Assembly (NCBI RefSeq): GCF_009914755.1
Contig: NC_060927.1
Direction: 5' to 3' (one strand)
Origin: the human T2T-CHM13v2.0 reference genome, Homo sapiens
DNA: 64,000 bases
The notes beneath the pieces are model-generated. The model was not told the origin of the DNA, ran no database searches, and saw only the letters and a list, made by a program, of their open reading frames with translations. Shown one piece after another: positions 1-15,700 of the stretch; the first letter of the stretch is position 1, and every line of letters starts with the position of its first letter. Made by a program: the position numbers and the translations under genes.

Positions 1-3000
1 ATATTTTATACTCTACATGAAATATCAAAGTTCACAAACCATATATTATATACTGTACATAAAATATCAAAGTACCCAAGGTATATATTCTATACTGTAC
101 AAAAAATATCAAAGTACCCAAAGCATGTATTATATACTATACCTAAAATATGAAAGTACATCAAATATATATTTTATTCTGTACATAAAATATCAAAGTA
201 CACCAGATATATATTCTACAGTGTACATAAAATATCAAAGTACCCAAACTATACATTATATACTGTACATAAAATATGAAATTACATCAAATATATATTA
301 TATTAGGTACATAAAATACGAAAGTACATCAAATATAGATTATATACTGTACATAAAATATCAAAGTACCCCAATATATATTATATACTGTACATGAAAT
401 ATCAAAGTTCACAAACTATATATTATGTACTGTACATAAAATATCAAAGTACCCAAGGTATATATTCTATACTGTACAAAAAATATCAAAGTACCCAAAG
501 CATGTATTATATAATGTACATAAAATATGAAAGTACATCAAATATATATTTTATTCTGTACATAAAATATCAAAGTACACCAGATATATATTCTATAGCG
601 TACATAAAATATCAAAGTACACAAACTATACATTATATACTGTACATAAAATATGAAATTACATCAAATATATATTATATTAGGTAAATGAAATATGAAA
701 GTACATCAAATATAGATTATATACTGTACATAAAATATGAAAGTACCCCAAATATATATTATATACTCTACATGAAATATCAAAGTTCACAAACTATATA
801 TTATATACTGTACATAAAATATCAAAGTACCCAAGGTATATATTCTATACTGTACAAAAAATATCAAAGTATCCAAAGCATGTATTATATACTGTATATA
901 AAATATGAAAGTACATCAAATATATATTTTATTCTGTACATAAAATATCAAAGTACACCAGATATATATTCTATAGCGTACATAAAATATCAAAGTACAC
1001 AAACTGTACATTATATACTGTACATAAAATATGAAATTACATCAAATATATATTATATTAGGTACATAAAATATGAAAGTACATCAAATATAGATTATAT
1101 ACTGTAAATATAATATCAATGTACCCCAAATATATATTTTATACTCTACATGAAATATCAAAGTTCACAAACCATATATTATATACTGTACATAAAATAA
1201 CAAAGTACCCAAGGTATATATTCTAAACTGTACAAAAAATATCAAAGTACCCAAAGCATGTATTATATACTGTACATAAAATAGGAAAGTACATCAAATA
1301 TATATTTTATTCTGTACATAAAATATCAAAGTACACCAGATATATATTCTATAGTGTACATAAAATATCAAAGTACCCAAACTATACATTATATACTGTA
1401 CATAAAATATGAAATTACATCAAATATATATTATATTAGGTACATGAAATTTGAAAGTACATCAAATATAGATTATATACTGTACATAAAATATGAAAGT
1501 ACCCCAAATATATATTATATACTCTACATGAAATATCAAAGTTCACAAACTATATATTATATACTGTACATAAAATATCAAAGTACCCAAGGTATATATT
1601 CTATACTGTACAAAAAATATCAAAGTATCCAAAGCATGTATTATATACTGTATATAAAATATGAAAGTACATCAAATATATATTTTATTCTGTACATAAA
1701 ATATCAAAGTACACCAGATATATATTCTATAGTGTACATAAAATATCAAAGTACCCAAACTATACATTATATACTGTACATAAAATATGAAATTACAGCA
1801 AATATATATTATATTAGGTACATAAAATATGAAAGTACATCAAATATAGATTATATACTCTACATTAAATACCAAAGTACCCCAAATATATATTTTATAC
1901 TGTACATGAAATATCAAAGTTCACAAACTATATATTATATACTGTACATAAAATATCAATATACCCAAGGTATATATTCTATACTGCACAAAAAATATCA
2001 AAGTACCCAAAGCATGTATTATATACTGTATATAAAATATGAAAGTACATCAAATATATATTTTATTCTGTACATAAAATATCAAAGTACACCAGATATA
2101 TATTCTATAGTGTACATAAAATATCAAAGTACCCAAACTATACATTATATACTGTACATAAAATATGAAATTACATCAAATATATATTATATTAGGTACA
2201 TAAAATACGAAAGTACATCAAATATAGATTATATACTGTAAATATAATATCAATGTACCCCAAATATATATTTTATACTCTACATGAAATATCAAAGTTC
2301 ACAAACCATATATTATATACTGTACATAAAATATCAAAGTACCCAAGGTATATATTCTATACTGTAGAAAAAATATCAAAGTACCCAAAGCATGCATTAT
2401 ATACTATACCTAAAATATGAAAGTACATCAAATATATATTTTATTCTGTACATAAAATATCAAAGTACACCAGATATATATTCTACAGTGTACATAAAAT
2501 ATCAAAGTACCCAAACTATACATTATATACTCTACATAAAATATGAAATTACATCAAATATATATTATATTAGGTACATAAAATACGAAAGTACATCAAA
2601 TATAGATTATATACTGTACATAAAATATCAAAGTACCCCAATATATATTATATACTGTACATGAAATATCAAAGTTCACAAACTATATATTATGTACTGT
2701 ACATAAAATATCAAAGTACCGAAGGTATATATTCTATACTGTACAAAAAATATCAAAGTACCCAAAGCATGTATTATATAATGTACATAAAATATGAAAG
2801 TACATCAAATATATATTTTATTCTGTACTTAAAATATCAAAGTACACCAGATATATATTCTATAGCGTACATACAATATCAAAGTACACAAACTATACAT
2901 TATATACTGTACATAAAATATGAAATTACATCAAATATATATTATATTAGGTAAATGAAATATGAAAGTACATCAAATATAGATTATATACTGTACATAA

Positions 3001-3792
3001 AATATGAAAGTACCCCAAATATATATTATATACTCTACATGAAATATCAAAGTTCACAAACTATATATTATATACTGTACATAAAATATCAAAGTACCCA
3101 AGGTATATATTCTATACTGTACAAAAAATATCAAAGTATCCAAAGCATGTATTATATACTGTGTATAAAATATGAAAGTACATCAAATATATATTTTATT
3201 CTGTACATAAAATATCAAAGTACACCAGATATATATTCTATAGCGTACATAAAATATCAAAGTACACAAACTATACATTATATACTGTACATAAAATATG
3301 AAATTACATCAAATATATATTATATTAGGTACATAAAATATGAAAGTACATCAAATATAGATTATATACTGTACATATAATATCAATGTACCCCAAATAT
3401 ATATTTTATACTCTACATGAAATATCAAAGTTCACAAACCATATATTATATACTGTACATAAAATATCAAAGTACCCAAGGTATATATTCTATACTGTAC
3501 AAAAAATATCAAAGTACCCAAAGCATGTATTATATACTGTACATAAAATATGAAAGTACATCAAATATATATTTTATTCTGTACATAAAGTATCAAAGTA
3601 CACCAGATATATATTCTATAGTGTACATAAAATATCAAAGTACCCAAACTATACATTATATACTGTACATAAAATATGAAATTACATCAAATATATATTA
3701 TATTAGGTAAATGAAATATGAAAGTACATCAAATATAGATTATATACTGTACATAAAATATGAAAGTACCCCAAATATATATTATATACTCT

Positions 3793-6700
3793 ACATGAAA
3801 TATCAAAGTTCACAAACTATATATTATATACTCTACATAAAATATCAAAGTACCCAAGGTATATATTCTATACTGTACAAAAAATATCAAAGTATCCAAA
3901 GCATGTATTATATACTGTATATAAAATATGAAAGTACATCAAATATATATTTTATTCTGTACATAAAATATCAAAGTACACCAGATATATATTCTATAGT
4001 GTACATAAAATATCAAAGTACCCAAACTATACATTATATACTGTACATAAAATATGAAATTACAGCAAATATATATTATATTAGGTACATAAAATATGAA
4101 AGTACATCAAATATAGATTATATACTCTACATTAAATACCAAAGTACCCCAAATATATATTTTATACTGTACATGAAATATCAAAGTTCACAAACTATAT
4201 ATTATATACTGTACATAAAATATCAATGTACCCAAGGTATATATTCTATACTGCACAAAAAATATCAAAGTACCCAAAGCATGTATTATATACTGTATAT
4301 AAAATATGAAAGTACATCAAATATATATTTTATTCTGTACATAAAATATCAAAGTACACCAGATATATATTCTATAGTGTACATAAAATATCAAAGTACC
4401 CAAACTATACATTATATACTGTACATAAAATATGAAATTACATCAAATATATATTATATTAGGTACATAAAATACGAAAGTACATCAAATATAGATTATA
4501 TACTGTACATAAAATATGAAAGTACCCCAATATATATTATATACTCTACATGAAATATCAAAGTTCACAAACTATATATTATGTACTGTACATAAAATAT
4601 CAAACTACCCAAGGTATATATTCTATACTGTACAAAAAATATCAAAGTACCCAAAGCATGTATTATATAATGTACATAAAATATGAAAGTACATCAAATA
4701 TATATTTTATTCTGTACATAAAATATCAAAGAACACCAGATATATATTCTATAGTGTACATAAAATATCAAAGTACCCAAACTATACATTATATACTGTA
4801 CATAAAATATGAAATTACAGCAAATATATATTATATTAGGTACATAAAATATGAAAGTACATCAAATATAGATTATATACTGTACATTAAATACCAAAGT
4901 ACCCCAAATATATATTTTATACTGTACATGAAATATCAAAGTTCACAAACTATATATTATATACTGTACATAAAATATCAATGTACCCAAGGTATATATT
5001 CTATACTGCACAAAAAATATCAAAGTACCCAAAGCTTGTATTATATACTGTATATAAAATATGAAAGTACATCAAATATATATTTTATTCTGTACATAAA
5101 ATATCAAAGTACACCAGATATATATTCTATAGTGTACATAAAATAACAAAGTACACAAACTATAAATTATATCCTGTACATAAAATATGAAATTACATCA
5201 AATATATATTAGGTACATAAAATATGAAAGTACATCAAATATAGATTATATACTGTACATTAAGTACCAAAGTACACCAAATATATATTTTATTCTGTAC
5301 ATAAAATATCAAAGTACACCAGATATATATTCTATAGTGTACATAAAATATCAAAGTACCCAAACTATACATTATATACTGTACATAAAATATGAAATTA
5401 CATCAAATATATATTATATTAGGTAAATGAAATATGAAAGTACATCAAATATAGATTATATACTGTACATGAAATATGAAAGTACCCCAAATATATATTA
5501 TATACTCTACATGAAATATCAAAGTTCACAAACTATATATTATATACTGTACATAAAATATGAAAGTACCCAAGGTATATATTCTATACTGTACAAAAAA
5601 TATCAAAGTATCCAAAGCATGTATTATATACTGTATATAAAATATGAAAGTACATCAAATATATATTTTATTCTGTACATAAAATATCAAAGTACACCAG
5701 ATATATATTCTATAGTGTACATAAAATATCAAAGTACCCAAACTATACATTATATACTGTACATAAAATATGAAATTACAGCAAATATATATTATATTAG
5801 GTACATAAAATATGAAAGTACATCAAATATAGATTATATACTCTACATTAAATACCAAAGTACCCCAAATATATATTTTATACTGTACATGAAATATCAA
5901 AGTTCACAAACTATATATTATATACTGTACATAAAATATCAATGTACCCAAGGTATATATTCTATACTGCACAAAAAATATCAAAGTACCCAAAGCATGT
6001 ATTATATACTGTATATAAAATATGAAAGTACATCAAATATATATTTTATTCTGTACATAAAATATCAAAGTACACCAGATATATATTCTATAGTGTACAT
6101 AAAATATCAAAGTACCCAAACTATACATTATATACTGTACATAAAATATGAAATTACATCAAATATATATTATATTAGGTACATAAAATACGAAAGTACA
6201 TCAAATATAGATTATATACTGTACATAAAATATGAAAGTACCCCAATATATATTATATACTCTACATGAAATATCAAAGTTCACAATCTATATATTATGT
6301 ACTGTACATAAAATATCAAACTACCCAAGGTATATATTCTATACTGTACAAAAAATATCAAAGTACCCAAAGCATGTATTATGTAATGTACATAAAATAT
6401 CAAAGTACATCAAATATATATATTATTCTGTACATAAAATATCAAAGAACACCAGATATATATTCTATAGTGTACATAAAATATCAAAGTACCCAAACTA
6501 TACATTATATACTGTACATAAAATATGAAATTACAGCAAATATATATTATATTAGGTACATAAAATATGAAAGTACATCAAATATAGATTATATACTGTA
6601 AATATAATATCAATGTACCCCAAATATATATTTTATACTCTACATGAAATATCAAAGTTCACAAACCATATATTATATACTGTACATAAAATATCAAAGT

Positions 6701-9700
6701 ACCCAAGGTATATATTCTATACTGTACAAAAAATATCAAAGTACCCAAAGCATGTATTATATACTGTACATAAAATATGAAAGTACATCAAATATATATT
6801 TTATTCTGTACATAAAATATCAAAGTACACCAGATATATATTCTATAGTGTACATAAAATATCAAAGTACCCAAACTATACATTATATACTGTACATAAA
6901 ATATGAAATTACATCAAATATATATTATATTAGGTAAATGAAATATGAAAGTACATCAAATATAGATTATATACTGTACATAAAATATGAAAGTACCCCA
7001 AATATATATTATATACTCTACATGAAATATCAAAGTTCACAAACTATATATTATATACTGTCCATAAAATATCAAAGTACCCAAGGTATATATTTTATAC
7101 TGTACAAAAAATATCAAAGTACCCAAAGCATGTATTATATACTATACCTAAAATATGAAAGTACATCAAATATATATTTTATTCTGTACATAAAATATCA
7201 AAGTACACCAGATATATATACTATAGTGTACATAAAATATCAAAGTACCCAAACTATACATTATACACTGCACATAAAATATGAAATTACATCAAATATA
7301 TATTAGGTACATAAAACATGAAAGTACATCAAATATAGATTATATACTGTAAATATAATATCAATGTACCCCAAATATATATTTTATACTCTACATGAAA
7401 TATCAAAGTTCACAAACCATATATTATATACTGTACATAAAATATCAAAGTACCCAAGGTATATATTCTATACTGTACAAAAAATATCAAAGTACCCAAA
7501 GCATGTATTATATACTGTACATAAAATATGAAAGTACATCAAATATATATTTTATTCTGTACATAAAATATCAAAGTACACCAGATATATATTCTATAGT
7601 GTACATAAAATATCAAAGTACCCAAAGTATACATTATATACTGTACATAAAATATGAAATTACATCAAATATATATTATATTAGGTAAATGAAATATGAA
7701 AGTACATCAAATATAGATTATATACTGTACATAAAATATGAAAGTACCCCAAATATATATTATATACTCTACATGAAATATCAAAGTTCACAAACTATAT
7801 ATTATATACTGTCCATAAAATATCAAAGTACCCCAGGTATATATTTTATACTGTACAAAAAATATCAAAGTACCCAAAGCATGTATTATATACTATACCT
7901 AAAATATGAAAGTACATCAAATATATATTTTATTCTGTACATAAAATATCAAAGTACACCAGATATATATACTATAGTGTACATAAAATATCAAAGTACC
8001 CAAACTATACATTATACACTGCACATAAAATATGAAATTACATCAAATATATATTAGGTACATAAAATATGAAAGTACATCAAATATAGATTATATACTG
8101 TAAATATAATATCAATGTACCCCAAATATATATTTTATACTCTACATGAAATATCAAAGTTCACAAACCATATATTATATACTGTACATAAAATATCAAA
8201 GTACCCAAGGTATATATTCTATACTGTACAAAAAATATCAAAGTACCCAAAGCATGTATTATATACTGTACATAAAATATGAAAGTACATCAAATATATA
8301 TTTTATTCTGTACATAAAATATCAAAGTACACCAGATATATATTCTATAGTGTACATAAAATAACAAAGTACACAAACTATAAATTATATCCTGTACATA
8401 AAATATGAAATTACATCAAATATATATTAGGTACATAAAATATGAAAGTACATCAAATATAGATTATATACTGTACATTAAGTGCCAAAGTACACCAAAT
8501 ATATATTTTATTCTGTACATAAAATATCAAAGTACACCAGATATATATTCTATAGTGTACATAAAATATCAAAGTACCCAAACTATACATTATATACTGT
8601 ACATAAAATATGAAATTACAGCAAATATATATTATATTAGGTACATAAAATATGAAAGTACATCAAATATAGATTATATACTCTACATTAAATACCAAAG
8701 TACCCCAAATATATATTTTATACTGTACATGAAATATCAAAGTTCACAATCTATATATTATATACTGTACATAAAATATCAATGTACCCAAGGTATATAT
8801 TCTATACTGCACAAAAAATATCAAAGTACCCAAAGCATGTATTATATACTGTATATAAAATATGAAAGTACATCAAATATATATTTTATTCTGTACATAA
8901 AATATCAAAGTACACCAGATATATATTCTATAGTGTACATAAAATATCAAAGTACCCAAACTATACATTATATACTGTACATAAAATATGAAATTACATC
9001 AAATATATATTATATTAGGTACATAAAATACGAAAGTACATCAAATATAGATTATATACTGTACATAAAATATGAAAGTACCCCAATATATATTATATAC
9101 TCTACATGAAATATCAAAGTTCACAAACTATATATTATGTACTGTACATAAAATATCAAAGTACCCAAGGTATATATTCTATACTGTACAAAAAATATCA
9201 AAGTACCCAAAGCATGTATTATATAATGTACATAAAATATGAAAGTACATCAAATATATATTTTATTCTGTACATAAAATATCAAAGAACACCAGATATA
9301 TATTCTATAGTGTACATAAAATATCAAAGTACCCAAACTATACATTATATACTGTACATAAAATATGAAATTACATCAAATATATATTATATTAGGTACA
9401 TAAAATATGAAAGTACATCAAATATAGATTATATACTGTAAATATAATATCAATGTACCCCAAATATATATTTTATACTCTACATGAAATATCAAAGTTC
9501 ACAAACCATATATTATATACTGTACATAAAATATCAAAGTACCCAAGGTATATATTCTATACTGTACAAAAAATATCAAAGTACCCAAAGCATGTATTAT
9601 ATACTATACCTAAAATATGAAAGTACATCAAATATATATTTTATTCTGTACATAAAATATCAAAGTACACCAGATATATATTCTACAGTGTACATAAAAT

Positions 9701-12700
9701 ATCAAAGTACCCAAACTATACATTATATACTGTACATAAAATATGAAATTACATCAAATATATATTATATTAGGTACATAAAATACGAAAGTACATCAAA
9801 TATAGATTATATACTGTACATAAAATATCAAAGTACCCCAATATATATTATATACTGTACATGAAATATCAAAGTTCACAAACTATATATTATGTACTGT
9901 ACATAAAATATCAAAGTACCCAAGGTATATATTCTATACTGTACAAAAAATATCAAAGTACCCAAAGCATGTATTATATAATGTACATAAAATATGAAAG
10001 TACATCAAATATATATTTTATTCTGTACATAAAATATCAAAGTACACCAGATATATATTCTATAGCGTACATAAAATATCAAAGTACACAAACTATACAT
10101 TATATACTGTACATAAAATATGAAATTACATCAAATATATATTATATTAGGTAAATGAAATATGAAAGTACATCAAATATAGATTATATACTGTACATAA
10201 AATATGAAAGTACCCCAAATATATATTATATACTCTACATGAAATATCAAAGTTCACAAACTATATATTATATACTCTACATAAAATATCAAAGTACCCA
10301 AGGTATATATTCTATACTGTACAAAAAATATCAAAGTATCCAAAGCATGTATTATATACTGTATATAAAATATGAAAGTACATCAAATATATATTTTATT
10401 CTGTACATAAAATATCAAAGTACACCAGATATATATTCTATAGTGTACATAAAATATCAAAGTACCCAAACTATACATTATATACTGTACATAAAATATG
10501 AAATTACAGCAAATATATATTATATTAGGTACATAAAATATGAAAGTACATCAAATATAGATTATATACTCTACATTAAATACCAAAGTACCCCAAATAT
10601 ATATTTTATACTGTACATGAAATATCAAAGTTCACAAACTATATATTATATACTGTACATAAAATATCAATGTACCCAAGGTATATATTCTATACTGCAC
10701 AAAAAATATCAAAGTACCCAAAGCATGTATTATATACTGTATATAAAATATGAAAGTACATCAAATATATATTTTATTCTGTACATAAAATATCAAAGTA
10801 CACCAGATATATATTCTATAGTGTACATAAAATATCAAAGTACCCAAACTATACATTATATACTGTACATAAAATATGAAATTACATCAAATATATATTA
10901 TATTAGGTACATAAAATACGAAAGTACATCAAATATAGATTATATACTGTACATAAAATATGAAAGTACCCCAATATATATTATATACTCTACATGAAAT
11001 ATCAAAGTTCACAAACTATATATTATGTACTGTACATAAAATATCAAACTACCCAAGGTATATATTCTATACTGTACAAAAAATATCAAAGTACCCAAAG
11101 CATGTATTATATAATGTACATAAAATATGAAAGTACATCAAATATATATTTTATTCTGTACATAAAATATCAAAGAACACCAGATATATATTCTATAGTG
11201 TACATAAAATATCAAAGTACCCAAACTATACATTATATACTGTACATAAAATATGAAATTACAGCAAATATATATTATATTAGGTACATAAAATATGAAA
11301 GTACATCAAATATAGATTATATACTGTACATTAAATACCAAAGTACCCCAAATATATATTTTATACTGTACATGAAATATCAAAGTTCACAAACTATATA
11401 TTATATACTGTACATAAAATATCAATGTACCCAAGGTATATATTCTATACTGCACAAAAAATATCAAAGTACCCAAAGCATGTATTATATACTGTATATA
11501 AAATATGAAAGTACATCAAATATATATTTTATTCTGTACATAAAATATCAAAGTACACCAGATATATATTCTATAGTGTACATAAAATAACAAAGTACAC
11601 AAACTATAAATTATATCCTGTACATAAAATATGAAATTACATCAAATATATATTAGGTACATAAAATATGAAAGTACATCAAATATAGATTATATACTGT
11701 ACATTAAGTACCAAAGTACACCAAATATATATTTTATTCTGTACATAAAATATCAAAGTACACCAGATATATATTCTATAGTGTACATAAAATATCAAAG
11801 TACCCAAACTATACATTATATACTGTACATAAAATATGAAATTACATCAAATATATATTATATTAGGTAAATGAAATATGAAAGTACATCAAATATAGAT
11901 TATATACTGTACATGAAATATGAAAGTACCCCAAATATATATTATATACTCTACATGAAATATCAAAGTTCACAAACTATATATTATATACTGTACATAA
12001 AATATCAAAGTACCCAAGGTATATATTCTATACTGTACAAAAAATATCAAAGTATCCAAAGCATGTATTATATACTGTATATAAAATATGAAAGTACATC
12101 AAATATATATTTTATTCTGTACATAAAATATCAAAGTACACCAGATATATATTCTATAGTGTACATAAAATATCAAAGTACCCAAACTATACATTATATA
12201 CTGTACATAAAATATGAAATTACAGCAAATATATATTATATTAGGTACATAAAATATGAAAGTACATCAAATATAGATTATATACTCTACATTAAATACC
12301 AAAGTACCCCAAATATATATTTTATACTGTACATGAAATATCAAAGTTCACAAACTATATATTATATACTGTACATAAAATATCAATGTACCCAAGGTAT
12401 ATATTCTATACTGCACAAAAAATATCAAAGTACCCAAAGCATGTATTATATACTGTATATAAAATATGAAAGTACATCAAATATATATTTTATTCTGTAC
12501 ATAAAATATCAAAGTACACCAGATATATATTCTATAGTGTACATAAAATATCAAAGTACCCAAACTATACATTATATACTGTACATAAAATATGAAATTA
12601 CATCAAATATATATTATATTAGGTACATAAAATACGAAAGTACATCAAATATAGATTATATACTGTACATAAAATATGAAAGTACCCCAATATATATTAT

Positions 12701-15700
12701 ATACTCTACATGAAATATCAAAGTTCACAATCTATATATTATGTACTGTACATAAAATATCAAACTACCCAAGGTATATATTCTATACTGTACAAAAAAT
12801 ATCAAAGTACCCAAAGCATGTATTATGTAATGTACATAAAATATCAAAGTACATCAAATATATATATTATTCTGTACATAAAATATCAAAGAACACCAGA
12901 TATATATTCTATAGTGTACATAAAATATCAAAGTACCCAAACTATACATTATATACTGTACATAAAATATGAAATTACAGCAAATATATATTATATTAGG
13001 TACATAAAATATGAAAGTACATCAAATATAGATTATATACTGTAAATATAATATCAATGTACCCCAAATATATATTTTATACTCTACATGAAATATCAAA
13101 GTTCACAAACCATATATTATATACTGTACATAAAATATCAAAGTACCCAAGGTATATATTCTATACTGTACAAAAAATATCAAAGTACCCAAAGCATGTA
13201 TTATATACTGTACATAAAATATGAAAGTACATCAAATATATATTTTATTCTGTACATAAAATATCAAAGTACACCAGATATATATTCTATAGTGTACATA
13301 AAATATCAAAGTACCCAAACTATACATTATATACTGTACATACAATATGAAATTACATCAAATATATATTATATTAGGTAAATGAAATATGAAAGTACAT
13401 CAAATATAGATTATATACTGTACATAAAATATGAAAGTACCCCAAATATATATTATATACTCTACATGAAATATCAAAGTTCACAAACTATATATTATAT
13501 ACTGTCCATAAAATATCAAAGTACCCAAGGTATATATTTTATACTGTACAAAAAATATCAAAGTACCCAAAGCATGTATTATATACTATACCTAAAATAT
13601 GAAAGTACATCAAATATATATTTTATTCTGTACATAAAATATCAAAGTACACCAGATATATATACTATAGTGTACATAAAATATCAAAGTACCCAAACTA
13701 TACATTATACACTGCACATAAAATATGAAATTACATCAAATATATATTAGGTACATAAAACATGAAAGTACATCAAATATAGATTATATACTGTAAATAT
13801 AATATCAATGTACCCCAAATATATATTTTATACTCTACATGAAATATCAAAGTTCACAAACCATATATTATATACTGTACATAAAATATCAAAGTACCCA
13901 AGGTATATATTCTATACTGTACAAAAAATATCAAAGTACCCAAAGCATGTATTATATACTGTACATAAAATATGAAAGTACATCAAATATATATTTTATT
14001 CTGTACATAAAATATCAAAGTACACCAGATATATATTCTATAGTGTACATAAAATATCAAAGTACCCAAAGTATACATTATATACTGTACATAAAATATG
14101 AAATTACATCAAATATATATTATATTAGGTAAATGAAATATGAAAGTACATCAAATATAGATTATATACTGTACATAAAATATGAAAGTACCCCAAATAT
14201 ATATTATATACTCTACATGAAATATCAAAGTTCACAAACTATATATTATATACTGTCCATAAAATATCAAAGTACCCCAGGTATATATTTTATACTGTAC
14301 AAAAAATATCAAAGTACCCAAAGCATGTATTATATACTATACCTAAAATATGAAAGTACATCAAATATATATTTTATTCTGTACATAAAATATCAAAGTA
14401 CACCAGATATATATACTATAGTGTACATAAAATATCAAAGTACCCAAACTATACATTATACACTGCACATAAAATATGAAATTACATCAAATATATATTA
14501 GGTACATAAAATATGAAAGTACATCAAATATAGATTATATACTGTAAATATAATATCAATGTACCCCAAATATATATTTTATACTCTACATGAAATATCA
14601 AAGTTCACAAACCATATATTATATACTGTACATAAAATATCAAAGTACCCAAGGTATATATTCTATACTGTACAAAAAATATCAAAGTACCCAAAGCATG
14701 TATTATATACTGTACATAAAATATGAAAGTACATCAAATATATATTTTATTCTGTACATAAAATATCAAAGTACACCAGATATATATTCTATAGTGTACA
14801 TAAAATAACAAAGTACACAAACTATAAATTATATCCTGTACATAAAATATGAAATTACATCAAATATATATTAGGTACATAAAATATGAAAGTACATCAA
14901 ATATAGATTATATACTGTACATTAAGTGCCAAAGTACACCAAATATATATTTTATTCTGTACATAAAATATCAAAGTACACCAGATATATATTCTATAGT
15001 GTACATAAAATATCAAAGTACCCAAACTATACATTATATACTGTACATAAAATATGAAATTACAGCAAATATATATTATATTAGGTACATAAAATATGAA
15101 AGTACATCAAATATAGATTATATACTCTACATTAAATACCAAAGTACCCCAAATATATATTTTATACTGTACATGAAATATCAAAGTTCACAATCTATAT
15201 ATTATATACTGTACATAAAATATCAATGTACCCAAGGTATATATTCTATACTGCACAAAAAATATCAAAGTACCCAAAGCATGTATTATATACTGTATAT
15301 AAAATATGAAAGTACATCAAATATATATTTTATTCTGTACATAAAATATCAAAGTACACCAGATATATATTCTATAGTGTACATAAAATATCAAAGTACC
15401 CAAACTATACATTATATACTGTACATAAAATATGAAATTACATCAAATATATATTATATTAGGTACATAAAATACGAAAGTACATCAAATATAGATTATA
15501 TACTGTACATAAAATATGAAAGTACCCCAATATATATTATATACTCTACATGAAATATCAAAGTTCACAAACTATATATTATGTACTGTACATAAAATAT
15601 CAAAGTACCCAAGGTATATATTCTATACTGTACAAAAAATATCAAAGTACCCAAAGCATGTATTATATAATGTACATAAAATATGAAAGTACATCAAATA

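Noticed and set aside
893-1112. TATA-box-like (TATATAAAA) and forkhead-like (GTAAATA) motifs in recurrent variants
   Set aside because: Such motifs are expected by chance in ~80% AT sequence and there is no promoter context, so they are not supportable as regulatory sites.
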